Virus record (IMG/VR): IMGVR_UViG_2940228231_000001
Location: 1 to 40,713 of that record
Length of the DNA: 40,713 bases
DNA from: a virus
Reading direction: 5' to 3' (one strand)
Shown here: one piece after another, positions 40,691-40,713 of the stretch
Position numbering within the stretch: the stretch's first letter is position 1
Layout: every line of letters starts with the position of its first letter
Notes under the pieces: model-generated
What the model was told of the DNA's origin: nothing
Seen by the model: only the letters and a program-made list of their open reading frames with translations
The model's database searches: none
Program-made: the position numbers and the translations under genes

Positions 40691-40713
40691 GGTGCGCCAT
40701 TAGGGACTCGAAC
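40689..40713 (-). repeat. att core, right copy (next to int)
   Basis: Exact 25-bp repeat of 1..25, starting 71 nt after the integrase stop codon. Confidence 0.85.
40690..40713 (-). tRNA. 3' portion of a tRNA gene (partial; body would lie beyond the window end); isotype not determinable
   Basis: Minus strand reads GTTCGAGTCCCTAATGGCGCACCA, a canonical T-loop plus acceptor stem plus encoded CCA. The usual arrangement puts int next to the intact tRNA. Confidence 0.6.

Larger units (their letters stand above)
1..40713. mobile_element. Complete integrated temperate phage (prophage) bounded by 25-bp att direct repeats
   Basis: Identical 25-mers at 1..25 and 40689..40713. Tyrosine integrase lies next to the right repeat. 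Modules are ordered int / cI / cro-xis / recombination-replication / terminase-portal-capsid / tail / lysis. Confidence 0.9.

Overview
The window is one complete integrated temperate phage of about 40.7 kb. The host looks like a low-GC, AGGAGG-RBS (Firmicutes/Clostridia-like) bacterium. Identical 25-bp direct repeats lie at 1..25 and 40689..40713. Their reverse complement reads as the 3' end of a tRNA gene (T-loop, T-stem, acceptor strand, CCA), so the phage sits in a tRNA gene, with int next to the right repeat. The + strand at the right end carries the lysogeny module: a LexA/S24-type CI repressor, a membrane protein and a tyrosine integrase. Everything else is on the - strand in tightly coupled operons (many ATGA/TAATG overlaps). 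In order these are cro-like and xis-like HTH genes, then a recombination/replication module. That module holds a Rad52/Sak-like annealase, YqaJ-like exonuclease, HNH, a DUF4373-like replication protein with internal iterons, SSB, a PD-(D/E)XK resolvase-like nuclease and an orphan C5 methyltransferase. Next come terS, terL, portal, a Prp-type cysteine protease, scaffold and major capsid. An unusual tail module follows: a BppU-like protein, an FN3-repeat protein, a 2811-aa multidomain giant and a collagen-like fibre. It ends with a lysis cassette of two holin-like proteins and an amidase-SH3 endolysin. The most interesting element is a five-gene cassette (1838..4807) between the tail fibre and the lysis genes. 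It combines a radical SAM/SPASM enzyme, two small unknown proteins and two hyper-cysteine CxxC/CxxxC-repeat proteins, one with 43 Cys in 171 aa. It looks like a RiPP-type maturation system built into a phage late structural operon. Other points are Prp-cleavage motifs on capsid and scaffold, a 16S 3'-end (anti-SD) mimic, ori-like iterons, a three-site operator layout, and phased repeats in the att arm.
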